This document shows positions 9,437 to 19,773 of a stretch of DNA of 64,000 bases, in pieces. The notes beneath the pieces are model-generated. The model worked only from the letters and a program-made list of their open reading frames with translations. It had not been told where the DNA came from and searched no databases. The DNA is from a virus (Duplodnaviria > Caudoviricetes). Location: the IMG/VR virus record IMGVR_UViG_3300028886_000051; one strand, written 5' to 3'. The translations under genes were made by a program, and so were the position numbers. The first letter of the stretch is position 1, and the number at the start of each line of letters is the position of its first letter.

Positions 9437-10774
9437 ATGAATATATTTTCATCTTATAAAGTCAAAATCAAACATTATAATCATATATTTGAACAAACAG
9501 TTGAGATATACAGAAATGCAGTATCCTTCTTTATAAATGTTTGTGATAAAGAATGGGATGTATTAGAATCATTAAAGAATCTTGAAAGATGTAGAAAGCT
9601 TGAAGAATTAACTTTACAGACAAAGAAAAATCAAAATCCTAAATATGATTTTAATGAAAAATTCTATAAGATGCCATCATATCTAAGACGTTCTGCAATA
9701 AATACTGCTACTGGATGTTATTCATCCTATTATTCCAATTTAAAGAATTGGGAAGAAAAATCTATTGGTAGTAAACCAAGATTGCAGTTAGACAGAAATG
9801 TTATGCCCACTTTATATAAAGATAATATGTATATTCGTACAGATGATAATACTGCAAAAATTAAAATCTTTCATAGAAATGATTGGGTTTGGCTAGATGT
9901 AGCATTAAATAATCAGGATGTAAAGTACATTCAAAATCATTGTAAATTCAAAAAGGAATATGTACCTACATTAAAGAAACAAGGTAAGTGTTGGTATTTA
10001 GTATTTCCTTTTGAAGATAAAGTTGAATTTCAAAAAGTAGATATTCAAGACCAAATAATATGTGCAGTAGATTTAGGTCTTAACAATAATGCTACTTGCT
10101 CTATAATGCAGTCTGATGGAACTGTCGTTGGAAGAAAATTTGTGAATCTTGCAACAGAAAAAGACCATTTATATAAAGCATTAAATAGAGTTAAGAAAAC
10201 ACAACAAAATGGCGCAAGAAGATGTCCTACTCTTTGGAAACATGTAAATGATTTGAATACTGATATTAGCAGAAAGACAGCAAAAGAGATTATAGATTTC
10301 GCAGTTTTATATAATGCTGATGTAATCGTATTTGAACATTTGGATACACAAGGAAAGAAAAATGGTAAAGAAAAACAGAAACTTGCGCTTTGGAGAAAAC
10401 AAGAAATACGAAAACTTGTAGAACATAAAGCACATATATTAGGAATTAGGATTAGTCATATATGTGCATGGAATACAAGCAGGCTGGCGTTTGACGGTTC
10501 TGGAAGAGTAGAAAGAGGTACTTATATTCAAAATGGAGTTGAAAAATACAATTACTCTATTTGCACTTTTCCAAATGGTAAACAATATCATTGTGACTTA
10601 AATGCCAGTTATAATATCGGAGCAAGATATTTTATACGAGAATTTTTAAAATCCGACTCAGTGATGAGAAGGTTGCCTAGTCAGACAAAAGATTCTGATT
10701 ATGGTACGGGAACAACACGCACCTTGTCTACGTTAATTAGGCTTAATGCGGATTTATGTGGCAATGCTGTATAA
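9437..10774 (+). CDS. tnpB: TnpB RNA-guided endonuclease
   Basis: RuvC triad AVDLG, VFEHL, CDLNASYNI. Confidence 0.9.
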   Translation: MNIFSSYKVKIKHYNHIFEQTVEIYRNAVSFFINVCDKEWDVLESLKNLERCRKLEELTLQTKKNQNPKYDFNEKFYKMPSYLRRSAINTATGCYSSYYSNLKNWEEKSIGSKPRLQLDRNVMPTLYKDNMYIRTDDNTAKIKIFHRNDWVWLDVALNNQDVKYIQNHCKFKKEYVPTLKKQGKCWYLVFPFEDKVEFQKVDIQDQIICAVDLGLNNNATCSIMQSDGTVVGRKFVNLATEKDHLYKALNRVKKTQQNGARRCPTLWKHVNDLNTDISRKTAKEIIDFAVLYNADVIVFEHLDTQGKKNGKEKQKLALWRKQEIRKLVEHKAHILGIRISHICAWNTSRLAFDGSGRVERGTYIQNGVEKYNYSICTFPNGKQYHCDLNASYNIGARYFIREFLKSDSVMRRLPSQTKDSDYGTGTTRTLSTLIRLNADLCGNAV

Positions 10775-11033
10775 TATCTGAGTTAAGAACTGTATGGTAG
10801 ATAAGTAATCCGATTTCTAAAGAATTGGAAGCACGCCACTTTAGTGGTGTGAGTGTTCACTGATGCCGAAACCATGTGTGAGTTTATGAGAGTTTATTCA
10901 AATAATGATGTTTTTGGCGAATCGAAGTTAGCTTTTGTACCTGCTAATATTAAACAGTTATCACATAAAAAATATGCACAGATGTATATTGACAAGTTAC
11001 AGAGTATTGTAGATCAGATGGAGGAATAAAACT

Positions 11034-11258
11034 ATGGGTAAAGTTGTAGATATGAGTAATTTTGATCCGTTATTTGATAATTTGGAAAAGTACGTGAATA
11101 AACAAGGGTGTACTCTTGGTAAAGATGCTGAGAGGTTACAAGAATTATTACATTCAATTCAGTATTGTTATATACATGGAGTATTAACAGAGAGTCAAAA
11201 TGAATCAGCTTGTAAAAAATTTAGAAAACAGTTTCAGAAAGCTTTATATGAGAAGTAA
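11034..11258 (+). CDS. Hypothetical protein
   Basis: ORF with SD; stop overlaps site at 11257. Confidence 0.65.
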   Translation: MGKVVDMSNFDPLFDNLEKYVNKQGCTLGKDAERLQELLHSIQYCYIHGVLTESQNESACKKFRKQFQKALYEK

Positions 11259-11293
11259 GAATGAAGCATTTCCTTAGGAAAGGAGAACAATAA

Positions 11294-11569
11294 ATGGAGA
11301 CATTTTCAATAGTAGAAAATATAAATGTGGATAAGTTGAATACGAAAATTGCAGAATTTGTATACAGAGAAGGGCATGATCCTTATATATTTGCAAATAA
11401 AGAGACACTTGATGCATTAATTAAGCCAATTGAACAAGCTGAAATGTTTGCAAATTCTTGGGGAATTGGACTTGTAAGTTCATATAAGGGTTGTCTTACT
11501 GGTATGTATCGTGGGAATAAAATGTTCAGAGATGATACATTAAAATTCGGAGAGATTGAGTTGAGATAA
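11294..11569 (+). CDS. Hypothetical protein
   Basis: ORF with SD. Confidence 0.65.
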   Translation: METFSIVENINVDKLNTKIAEFVYREGHDPYIFANKETLDALIKPIEQAEMFANSWGIGLVSSYKGCLTGMYRGNKMFRDDTLKFGEIELR

Positions 11570-11591
11570 GAGAATAAATACATATAAAGAG

Positions 11592-12089
11592 GTGATTATT
11601 ATAAAAGTTATTAAGAATAATTTTAACAAAATCAATTTGAATAAAAACATTGAAGAAAAATCTAAAAAAATACATATCTTCTGTGAACATTGTGATTCAG
11701 AATTAGAAGTATCTAAAGAAGATACTCACATTGGATGGCTTGGTGCAGCATTTGTTAAGTGTCCTTGTTGTGGACAAGAATCAATGGTTGATGAATTAGA
11801 AGGAATTACATTAACAAAAGACAATATTGATTATCCTATACATTTCAACAGAACTAATAAGGATTTAAGAAATGTTGTTGAAGTGCAGAAAGATAAAGTT
11901 ATTGAAGAAATTCAGAGAGGTATTGATTATTTTAGAGCACATAAAGATGAATTCTATTGGTACACATGTCATGGAGACTTGTTTTTGATTATATTCAGAT
12001 ATGAAGGCGATGAAGAATACTCTATATTGGTCACAAGAGATTTTTATGAGACAGATATTCCTTTTGAAAAGGAGGATTATAATGACTGA
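11592..12089 (+). CDS. Zinc-ribbon hypothetical protein
   Basis: CEHC...CPCC. Confidence 0.65.
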   Translation: MIIIKVIKNNFNKINLNKNIEEKSKKIHIFCEHCDSELEVSKEDTHIGWLGAAFVKCPCCGQESMVDELEGITLTKDNIDYPIHFNRTNKDLRNVVEVQKDKVIEEIQRGIDYFRAHKDEFYWYTCHGDLFLIIFRYEGDEEYSILVTRDFYETDIPFEKEDYND

Positions 12090-12411
12090 TTTTGAAACAT
12101 GGCTACATGATTTTGGATATGAGCATATTTTTCGCATGTTAGAAATTCGTAGACCAGGACAATATACTCCTTATGAGATGGATAAGAAATTTTCGGATCA
12201 GTCGCTATATTTAGATAATCACTTTAGACATATTCAGATTAAAGAAGCTATTGAGCTTCCTGATAAAGATATTCTGATTGGATTCAGAGAAATATATGAT
12301 AGTGAAGATCTTGAAAAGGAATGGGAAGAATCGGTTATCTATTATAAGAAGTTGAGTGAGATTGAACTTACATATTTTCCAGATGACGATAAAATTGAGA
12401 ATTGGGAGTGA
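12082..12411 (+). CDS. Hypothetical protein
   Basis: ATG with AGGAGG SD. Confidence 0.65.
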   Translation: MTDFETWLHDFGYEHIFRMLEIRRPGQYTPYEMDKKFSDQSLYLDNHFRHIQIKEAIELPDKDILIGFREIYDSEDLEKEWEESVIYYKKLSEIELTYFPDDDKIENWE

Positions 12412-12415
12412 GAAG

Positions 12416-13000
12416 ATGAATTATTTTATATCAGATTTACACTTGAATTGTCAGAATAAATACGAAGGAAGAACGTTGGAACACGATAAAATTCTCAAGG
12501 AAAATTGGAACAATACAGTTACTAATGGTGATACAGTATATATTCTTGGAGATATTGGTAAAGAAGGTGGAAATAAAGAAATGGAATATCTTTGCGAGAT
12601 TATTTCCACTCTCAAAGGTAAGAAAGTGTTAGTACAAGGAAATCACGAGAAGCTAAAAGATATTAGAGTTAAACAGTTGTTTACTGAGATTACACCATAC
12701 AAAGAGATTAGTGACAACTTTAATGGTATCAATCGTAATGTAGTTCTATGTCATTATCCAATATTATTTTGGAATGGACAGCATAAAAATTGGATTCATT
12801 TATATGGACATCTGCATAATACTAATGAAGAAATTTTATATAAGGAATGTATGGAAAAGATTAATGAATACTTTTCAAATCAAAGTATGAAAGGTTATAC
12901 AGATTGTCCACCTGCTAGAGCATATAATGTTGGTGTAATGATGCCATATATGAATTATACGCCAAGAACATTAGAAGAAATCATTAAGAGTGGAGAATAA
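12416..13000 (+). CDS. Calcineurin-like metallophosphoesterase
   Basis: SDLH, LGD, GNHE, CHYP, GHLH motifs. Confidence 0.85.
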   Translation: MNYFISDLHLNCQNKYEGRTLEHDKILKENWNNTVTNGDTVYILGDIGKEGGNKEMEYLCEIISTLKGKKVLVQGNHEKLKDIRVKQLFTEITPYKEISDNFNGINRNVVLCHYPILFWNGQHKNWIHLYGHLHNTNEEILYKECMEKINEYFSNQSMKGYTDCPPARAYNVGVMMPYMNYTPRTLEEIIKSGE

Positions 13001-13006
13001 ATATTT

Positions 13007-13654
13007 ATGAAACTATTAGAAAAATATAATTGTATTTTTTGCAAATATAGAAAACTTAACAAAAATCATGATTATGCTTGTATGGATAGTTGGGAAAAAG
13101 ATGAATCCGGTTATCCAATTGGTAAATGTAACTCATTATCAAATATATACTATGATAAAATCATCAGACTTTTTCCATTCAAGCAAATTGATTATTGGCG
13201 AACAGAAAGAGCATATAAAAAAGAAGAAAGGTACAATAAAGCAATGGACAAGAAATATGAAGATTGTTGTATAGAAACAGATGATTGGAAATTTATTTGG
13301 GGAATAACAAGTTGGGATGATTTATCTGGTCACGAAGCCAATATGTATACCATGAATGATATAGATATTACATATAACAAGAAGAAAAAAGAATATATGC
13401 TTGGAGTAGAAACGGCATATATATTTGAAACATATGCTTCAGAGTGTAATTATCTAAGAGCATGTTTGGACGCATTTTCAAAATATATGGACGCTAATGG
13501 ATTAGATAAGAACAAACAGTATAGTTTATTCATGAGCAATCCTTGTACAAGTATGGTAGCTTATTCGATTGAAGAATTATATACCAATTTTAAAATTTTT
13601 GTTGATGGATTTTGCAATCAGAATACCACAGAAAATAAAAAGGATGGAGAATAA
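13007..13654 (+). CDS. Hypothetical protein
   Basis: ORF with SD. Confidence 0.7.
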   Translation: MKLLEKYNCIFCKYRKLNKNHDYACMDSWEKDESGYPIGKCNSLSNIYYDKIIRLFPFKQIDYWRTERAYKKEERYNKAMDKKYEDCCIETDDWKFIWGITSWDDLSGHEANMYTMNDIDITYNKKKKEYMLGVETAYIFETYASECNYLRACLDAFSKYMDANGLDKNKQYSLFMSNPCTSMVAYSIEELYTNFKIFVDGFCNQNTTENKKDGE

Positions 13655-13656
13655 AT

Positions 13657-13833
13657 ATGTGTAATCTTTGTAATTATAACTCGCCTGACAATCGAATATA
13701 TGTAGATCCATTAACAAATGAACATTATTTGGATATTGAAACATCTGAATGGGATGAATACGATGATGGATTTGTTCATCAAAGAGAATATATTGCGTAC
13801 TGTCCTTATTGTGGAAGAAAGTTAGGAGAATAA
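13657..13833 (+). CDS. Small zinc-finger protein (58 aa)
   Basis: MCNLC...YCPYCGRKLGE read from sequence. Confidence 0.6.
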   Translation: MCNLCNYNSPDNRIYVDPLTNEHYLDIETSEWDEYDDGFVHQREYIAYCPYCGRKLGE

Positions 13834-13851
13834 AATACAAGAGGTGATTCG

Positions 13852-14361
13852 ATGAGATGCAGAGATTGTCCTTATGGGATTGAAGATTTTACATTAAGAA
13901 CAGAAATATATAAATCGGTATACGGTGAATATCCAGATGAAGATAGAGCCAATCAATCAGAACAGTTTGTTTGGTGCGATAAAGTTGGTGGCAAAGTTTA
14001 TTCTTTTGGTCATTGTAGTGATTGGTATGAACACGATGAAGAAAAGCATAAGAATCATTCTAAGAAAAAGAGAATAAATAAACGTGAGAGATATTTGAAA
14101 CATCAGAATCACCTCAGATATTTATATGAAACTGTTGGTGGTTATTATCCAACGCCTGTTAGATATGTGGATGAAATATGGATTAAGGGTGTTGGTTATG
14201 TTAAAAATCCAAAACCATATTATCAGAGATTGTATCGTGGTAAGAAAAGTAAATATTTGAAACAGTTATCTAATAGGAAAATACGTAGATATAAAGGTGA
14301 ATTGCATAATGGTTATCAGCACATACATAAAATTTTTGATTGGTGGAATGAATTTTGTTAG
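13852..14361 (+). CDS. Basic hypothetical protein
   Basis: ORF with SD. Confidence 0.7.
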   Translation: MRCRDCPYGIEDFTLRTEIYKSVYGEYPDEDRANQSEQFVWCDKVGGKVYSFGHCSDWYEHDEEKHKNHSKKKRINKRERYLKHQNHLRYLYETVGGYYPTPVRYVDEIWIKGVGYVKNPKPYYQRLYRGKKSKYLKQLSNRKIRRYKGELHNGYQHIHKIFDWWNEFC

Positions 14362-14373
14362 GAGAATAAATAT

Positions 14374-14847
14374 ATGAAGATAGAATTAATCAAATTAAAA
14401 TTTAATAATACTCATTCATACAAGTATAAATCATTTAATTATTGTTGTGATGAGATTCAGAATGATAAAGCTATTGTATTTACAGGTGAAGATATAAATG
14501 ATATTGGTGGAGAATATGAAGATGATGGCGTTTCTATCCCACAACTTTGCACTTCACATACAGAAGTTATTACATCTTATGAAGACGAATGGGAGCAGAC
14601 AGATAATTATCCAATTCAATTTTGCCCTCACTGCGGAGAGAAGATTGAGATTTCAGTCATAGATGAGATTGATGTATCTGATAAGTATAATGAATTATCT
14701 AAACAGCGTGAGGATTTATGGAAGAAGTGTCAAAGAACAGATAGTAAGAAGAAAGAAGCCGAACTAAGAGAACAGGTTAGAAAGCTTGATAATCAGATTA
14801 ATGGTTTCTATTTATTAGATGAGTGGAAAGGAGATGTATATGTATAA
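14374..14847 (+). CDS. Hypothetical protein (CPHCG)
   Basis: ORF with SD. Confidence 0.7.
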   Translation: MKIELIKLKFNNTHSYKYKSFNYCCDEIQNDKAIVFTGEDINDIGGEYEDDGVSIPQLCTSHTEVITSYEDEWEQTDNYPIQFCPHCGEKIEISVIDEIDVSDKYNELSKQREDLWKKCQRTDSKKKEAELREQVRKLDNQINGFYLLDEWKGDVYV

Positions 14848-15253
14848 ACAGATTATTATTGCAAGAAAAGATTTAAACATGAGTCATGGTAAACTCGCAG
14901 CTCAAGTCAGTCACGGCTCTATGGCATTTCTCAGTTGGTTTATTAGAAATAATGCCGATTTAGATGGTCATGTTGATGGCTATATTGACGAAGATATTCT
15001 TCACAATTGGATTGATGGTGAATTTACAAAATGTGTTCTTCAAGCCAAGAATAAGAATCAGTTGCTAAAAGCTAAGACTATGGCAGAAGAATTGGGAATG
15101 GTTGAAGGTAAAGATTTCTGGTTAATAAAGGATAATTGCCACACCGAATTAAAGCCCGAAGAAGATGGTAGAACACTTACTGTAATTGGTTTTAGACCAA
15201 TGGACAGTGAGATTATTGATCAGATTGGAAGAAAATATCATTTATATATGTAA
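14840..15253 (+). CDS. Peptidyl-tRNA hydrolase, PTH2 family
   Basis: KQIIIARKDLNMSHGKLAAQVSHG, IKDNCHTE, TVIGFRP. Confidence 0.88.
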   Translation: MYKQIIIARKDLNMSHGKLAAQVSHGSMAFLSWFIRNNADLDGHVDGYIDEDILHNWIDGEFTKCVLQAKNKNQLLKAKTMAEELGMVEGKDFWLIKDNCHTELKPEEDGRTLTVIGFRPMDSEIIDQIGRKYHLYM

Positions 15254-15270
15254 GAATGGAGAATATTAAA

Positions 15271-15546
15271 ATGGCAGTATTTAAAAATTTTAAAGACGAT
15301 GAGCTGATTGTAAGCTGTAAATGTGGATGTGACGAAGGTATCCACTTCAAGATTTATGATTATGGAGATGGCGATTATGCTTTCTTAACATATACAAACG
15401 GTAACTTTTACACTCAGCAAAGACCATTCTTTGAGAAGTTGAAGAAAATTTGGGCGATTATCAGGAATAAGGATTTTTATTATTCTGATATTGTGCTTAC
15501 AAAGGAAGATTTTAACGAGTTTAAAGAATGGATTAATAGAAAGTAG
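15271..15546 (+). CDS. Hypothetical protein
   Basis: ORF with SD. Confidence 0.65.
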   Translation: MAVFKNFKDDELIVSCKCGCDEGIHFKIYDYGDGDYAFLTYTNGNFYTQQRPFFEKLKKIWAIIRNKDFYYSDIVLTKEDFNEFKEWINRK

Positions 15547-15592
15547 AGTAACAAGAATTTCAGATTTTATTGGTTTTGAGAAAGGAGAATAT

Positions 15593-15883
15593 ATGAGCGA
15601 AGATAGACTTAATTATATTGAAAAAGAAATTAGTAAAACACCACTTTATTCATTGCTTGGAGCAGATGGCATTGATGAGTTGAAGAATAGAATCATTGAC
15701 ATTATTTGTGATCAGGTTCAGAAAGATTTGAGAGATAGTTCGTATTATCTTATTAGTCCAGATGATGTCAATGAGACTCTTGAAGAGAATATTGTTCAGG
15801 AAGCTATTAATGAATTGAAAGAAGAGTGGAAAGACAAACTTAAAGAATACATGTCTAAGAAACTTGAAGCGATGATGAAGTAA
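15593..15883 (+). CDS. Hypothetical protein
   Basis: ATG with AAGGAG SD. Confidence 0.65.
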   Translation: MSEDRLNYIEKEISKTPLYSLLGADGIDELKNRIIDIICDQVQKDLRDSSYYLISPDDVNETLEENIVQEAINELKEEWKDKLKEYMSKKLEAMMK

Positions 15884-15898
15884 TTGGAGGTAGATAAA

Positions 15899-16549
15899 AT
15901 GTCATATTGGACTTATATCAACGGTACAATAACAGTTCATCCTATGGGGAGAACACAGCCTGAGAAGAGATATATTCTTGAAACAGTGCTAAATCATTTG
16001 CCTAGAGTAACAGGTTCTGAGGGTGACATGAATACATATATAATTCAGAAAAATGGTTATAACAGTTCATGTTCATGCGATGAATTCGGCGAAGTGACAA
16101 ACAATTTAGTAGATAGATACGGATATAAGAGTCGTAGTAGAGGATGGTTACAAACACAGGATGAATATATACTTGTTGTAAATGCTGCTTTAAGAGACAG
16201 AGAATTTGAACAGACTTATAGAGAATTTATGAAATGGTTTGTACGACTTTGTAAAAGAGTAGGCTGTGAAGATGTTCTTGTAGAAATCAAAGGATATGAT
16301 AAGTCAACTGTTATCAAAGATAGAAATATTCAGAGAAAGAAATATTCTTATAAGAGTGTTTTCGATGGATTATTTGAAAATCCAAGTTGGTGCAACGACA
16401 GTAAAGATGGATACAAAGAGCCGAACTGGTGTGAATTTATGATGTGGGACAGATCAAAAAATTCTAATTATCCTATGACTCTTGCTTACAAATATTTCAA
16501 CGATGAAGAAAATGACAAGGAAGTTGAGAGAAGAATGAATTATAGATAA
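15899..16549 (+). CDS. Hypothetical protein
   Basis: ATG with GGAGG SD. Confidence 0.7.
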   Translation: MSYWTYINGTITVHPMGRTQPEKRYILETVLNHLPRVTGSEGDMNTYIIQKNGYNSSCSCDEFGEVTNNLVDRYGYKSRSRGWLQTQDEYILVVNAALRDREFEQTYREFMKWFVRLCKRVGCEDVLVEIKGYDKSTVIKDRNIQRKKYSYKSVFDGLFENPSWCNDSKDGYKEPNWCEFMMWDRSKNSNYPMTLAYKYFNDEENDKEVERRMNYR

Positions 16550-16598
16550 CTTCACAAGAAAGCAACATATCCTTGGATTATAGAAAAGAGGTGATTAA

Positions 16599-17078
16599 GT
16601 GTTAGTACCTGCAATTCTGTATAAAGAGCAGATAAAGAAAGAATTTCAGAAATATTATTATACAACAGATATGATGTATGAAACTGGTTGCATGTGTAAT
16701 TGGAGTCCTGAAATTGCAGAATGTCCAAATGAGAGTCAATTTCAATATGCAATAATTGATAAGAACGAAAAACTCATTGGTTACTTAGGGTATTCAGTAG
16801 ATTGGTATGCGTCTAAAGCGTATAACTTTGGATTATTTTCATTCGACAGAGGAAATATTTTGGTTGGTAGGGACGTATTCGATAAATTAGAAGAACTGAT
16901 TAAAACATTACATAGAGTTGAATGGAGAGCTGTTGGTGGGAATCCTGCTTGTAGAGGTTACGATAGCTTTATCGAGAGACATAATGGAACGAAACATGTT
17001 CTAAAAGATTCAATTAAGGACAAGAATGGTGAATATCACGATGATATTATTTATGAGATTGTGAGTGGTGGAGAATAA
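16599..17078 (+). CDS. GNAT/RimJ-RimL-like acetyltransferase
   Basis: KLIGYLG...LHRVEW..GNPA...GEYHDDIIYEI pattern. Confidence 0.6.
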   Translation: MLVPAILYKEQIKKEFQKYYYTTDMMYETGCMCNWSPEIAECPNESQFQYAIIDKNEKLIGYLGYSVDWYASKAYNFGLFSFDRGNILVGRDVFDKLEELIKTLHRVEWRAVGGNPACRGYDSFIERHNGTKHVLKDSIKDKNGEYHDDIIYEIVSGGE

Positions 17079-17099
17079 TACATTGGAGGTGAAACCGTA

Positions 17100-17309
17100 A
17101 TGGATGATTATAAGAATTATATTGTAATTGGAAATGAATATAACGGGTTAGGAGAATCTGCCGATCCTGATAGTTGGGACAGTGTAAAATATTATTTTAA
17201 CACAGAAGATGAAGTAAAAGATTTTATTGATAGAAATCCATCGTTTTTATTTCATTTAAAAGCAATTTACAAAGTAGAAGAATTAGATATTAATAGTTTT
17301 ATTCATTAA
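17100..17309 (+). CDS. Hypothetical protein
   Basis: ORF with SD. Confidence 0.6.
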   Translation: MDDYKNYIVIGNEYNGLGESADPDSWDSVKYYFNTEDEVKDFIDRNPSFLFHLKAIYKVEELDINSFIH

Positions 17310-17454
17310 AGGTTAAAATAACAAGAATCCAATCTTTCATTGGAAAATTTTGTAAAAATAACAACATAAATGGTAGTTGCAAATGCCATAAAATAAAAGA
17401 AAGGAAAAGATAATCCTAGGTAAAAGGTTATGTACATAACACTCAGGTATATGA

Positions 17455-18744
17455 GTGAACCCAATTTACAATGAGTATCTTACATTCTTGCGAGATACGA
17501 CCAAACAGCCATTAGAAGATCTGAAAGAAGGCTACTTTTGGCTAGATAAATCAATTATTAAAGGATTTGATAAGCAAGGAAATGAACATAAATTCTATCG
17601 AGTGAAGATTGAAAATTCGCTTGAAAGATTGGATTGCATCAAATTGAAATCCTACGACAATATATCAGATGTGGATTTAGCAAGTTGGCAAGATTTAATC
17701 GAATTACAGAAAGAACATCTAACGCAGCTTGAAGCTGATTCATTAGAACTAATCAAAGAAAAGACAGAGAAATTTAATACATATACTTCAATAATTCCTG
17801 TTTCTATGGGTAAGGATTCAATGCTTACCTGTCATCTAGTCAGAAAATTATATCCAGAAACCAAAGCAATATTCAATAATACTTCACTTGATTGTGCTGA
17901 TACATACAGAATGGTTAAGACTTTCCCTAATTGTGAGATTATGAATCCCGAGAAGGGATTTTACCAGTATATTAAAGAACAGAATATTATATTTAATAGA
18001 ATTTCTCGTGGTTGTTGTAGAATCTTCAAAGTAGGTGAAATGGTTAGGCGTTTAGACCATAACAAACCATATTTAATGTGGATGGGTATGCGAAACGAAG
18101 AATCTAATACTAGAAGCGGATATCAAGATGAATGGATAAATGAGCAGGAATGGGGTAAGACCTGTTGGCAAGGTATTCTTCCTATTAGAAAATGGTCAGA
18201 AATGGATGTATGGCTTTATACAATTTGGAAGAATGTGCCTATTTGCTCAAAATATAAAAAGGGATATGCTCGTCAAGGCTGTAATATTGCGTGCCCATTC
18301 TATACGAAGTCTACTTGGATTTTGGACAAGTATTGGTATCCACAGGCTTATGAGAGATGGAGAAACATCTTAAAAGAAGACTTCATTGCAAATAAGAAAT
18401 GGATAATCATGAACTGCACCATTGATGAATATCTCACACAGGCTTGGAATGGTGGAACATTCAGAGATGAACCAACCGATGAGGTTATTCAGGAATTTGC
18501 TGAGTACAATGGATTGAATGTTGGTGACACAAAAGTAGCAAGACAATATTTTAATAAGTATTGTGATGAGTGTGAAAAGAGAATAAAAGATAAAACAACG
18601 CTGGCAATGAATATGAAATTCCATGGAAGAGATGTGTCGAAGTTCTTGTGTAAGAAATGTTTCAAAAAATTATACGAGATGGATGATGATAAGTGGAATA
18701 TGTATGTTGAGTCATTCAAAAGAGACGGTTGTGCGTTGTTTTAA
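17455..18744 (+). CDS. PAPS-reductase-family (PP-loop, DndC-like) protein with C-terminal Zn finger
   Basis: VSMGKDS, RGCCRIFK, GMRNEES..RS, PIRKWSEMDVW, RQGCNIACP. Confidence 0.8.
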   Translation: MNPIYNEYLTFLRDTTKQPLEDLKEGYFWLDKSIIKGFDKQGNEHKFYRVKIENSLERLDCIKLKSYDNISDVDLASWQDLIELQKEHLTQLEADSLELIKEKTEKFNTYTSIIPVSMGKDSMLTCHLVRKLYPETKAIFNNTSLDCADTYRMVKTFPNCEIMNPEKGFYQYIKEQNIIFNRISRGCCRIFKVGEMVRRLDHNKPYLMWMGMRNEESNTRSGYQDEWINEQEWGKTCWQGILPIRKWSEMDVWLYTIWKNVPICSKYKKGYARQGCNIACPFYTKSTWILDKYWYPQAYERWRNILKEDFIANKKWIIMNCTIDEYLTQAWNGGTFRDEPTDEVIQEFAEYNGLNVGDTKVARQYFNKYCDECEKRIKDKTTLAMNMKFHGRDVSKFLCKKCFKKLYEMDDDKWNMYVESFKRDGCALF

Positions 18745-19018
18745 CAGAGAATAAATAATTAGAGGTCACAAAAGCCTTGAAAAATAAGGCTTTTGAAACC
18801 TCAAAAGCCGATGAATTTTTTCTTTCTTTTGGACAGATTGGAGGTGTGAAATGAAAAAGTATTATAGACAAGCAATCGCATTTCTTTTAGTATGGTTCTG
18901 TAGTGGTGTAACGATGTATTCATATCAAGCAGAAAATAAAATACTTGGAATTACTTTTACACTTTTAAGTTTTTTATATTGGTTCATTATAGACAAAGAT
19001 GATTAGGAGAATAAATAC

Positions 19019-19234
19019 ATGACACAATTACCAAAAACGAGTTGTAGTATTCCAATGCCAGAAGTTGCAGCTATTTATAATCCAAAAGTCATTGCAAGAA
19101 TAAAGCTCTGTGGTGGTGCTGTAACGATTAATGTTAATGAAACAATGGCATGGAAGAAACCAACTGATGAGCAGATTAAAAACTTACATGATTTATTTTG
19201 TATTGATGTTGAGATATTAGACAGAGGAGAATAA
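19019..19234 (+). CDS. Hypothetical protein
   Basis: ORF with SD. Confidence 0.6.
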   Translation: MTQLPKTSCSIPMPEVAAIYNPKVIARIKLCGGAVTINVNETMAWKKPTDEQIKNLHDLFCIDVEILDRGE

Positions 19235-19238
19235 TACT

Positions 19239-19433
19239 ATGAAGGGTAAATATAGAGGCTGCGACATAGAAGTAGAACGAGGTGGTACAGAGTTCTTAAC
19301 CTTTGCAGTATTCGATGATGGATATGAAGTGACAAGTGGATTTTCTGAAAGTAGTGACACTGTGAGAGATTATTTCAGTTATATGAAAAGTGTAGTAGAT
19401 GACTATAAAGAACATCCAGAAGATTACGAATAG
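19239..19433 (+). CDS. Hypothetical protein
   Basis: ORF with SD. Confidence 0.6.
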   Translation: MKGKYRGCDIEVERGGTEFLTFAVFDDGYEVTSGFSESSDTVRDYFSYMKSVVDDYKEHPEDYE

Positions 19434-19445
19434 GAGAATAACATT

Positions 19446-19754
19446 ATGAAGATTATAGCAGGTGATTATTTCGGTAAAAATATTCAGTTTGTGTGTAGAT
19501 GCTGCAACTGTGTATATGAAGTTGAATCAAAGGATGATTGGAATATTCGAATGGAGAGTCCATATCGTTTTGGTTATTTAATCCCTACTTACAATGTTAT
19601 GTGTCCTAATTGCGGTCATGAAGAATATCTTGGCTGTGATCCAGACGATTTAAAAGGAACGGAACTGGAAAACCTACATTGTCCTTGGATTCCATTATTG
19701 AAGAAGAGAGAAGATTGGAATAAACGATATAGGGTTGAGCCAATAAGAGAATAA
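19446..19754 (+). CDS. Zinc-ribbon hypothetical protein
   Basis: CRCC...CPNCG. Confidence 0.6.
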   Translation: MKIIAGDYFGKNIQFVCRCCNCVYEVESKDDWNIRMESPYRFGYLIPTYNVMCPNCGHEEYLGCDPDDLKGTELENLHCPWIPLLKKREDWNKRYRVEPIRE

Positions 19755-19773
19755 ACATTTGTGAGGTGAGCAG

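Larger units (their letters stand above)
9028..10860 (+). mobile_element. IS200/IS605-family non-autonomous element (HTH + tnpB, no tnpA)
   Basis: Inserted after TTGAT; left-end hairpin ctcgtgact-tc-agtcatgag preceded by CACA; right-end hairpin cacgccact-tt-agtggtgtg preceded by GAAG and ending TTCAC. Confidence 0.88.
8899..11029 (+). pseudogene. Small hypothetical gene interrupted by the TnpB element (5' part 8899-9027, 3' part about 10862-11029)
   Basis: MKRYKL...DAFD before the element; open frame DAETMCEF...QMEE* after it. Confidence 0.6.

Noticed and set aside
9028-10860. IStron (group I intron + TnpB) suggested by the TTGAT target
   Set aside because: The space between left end and tnpB is filled by an HTH gene and promoters; no room for an intron core, and the element ends in C, not G.
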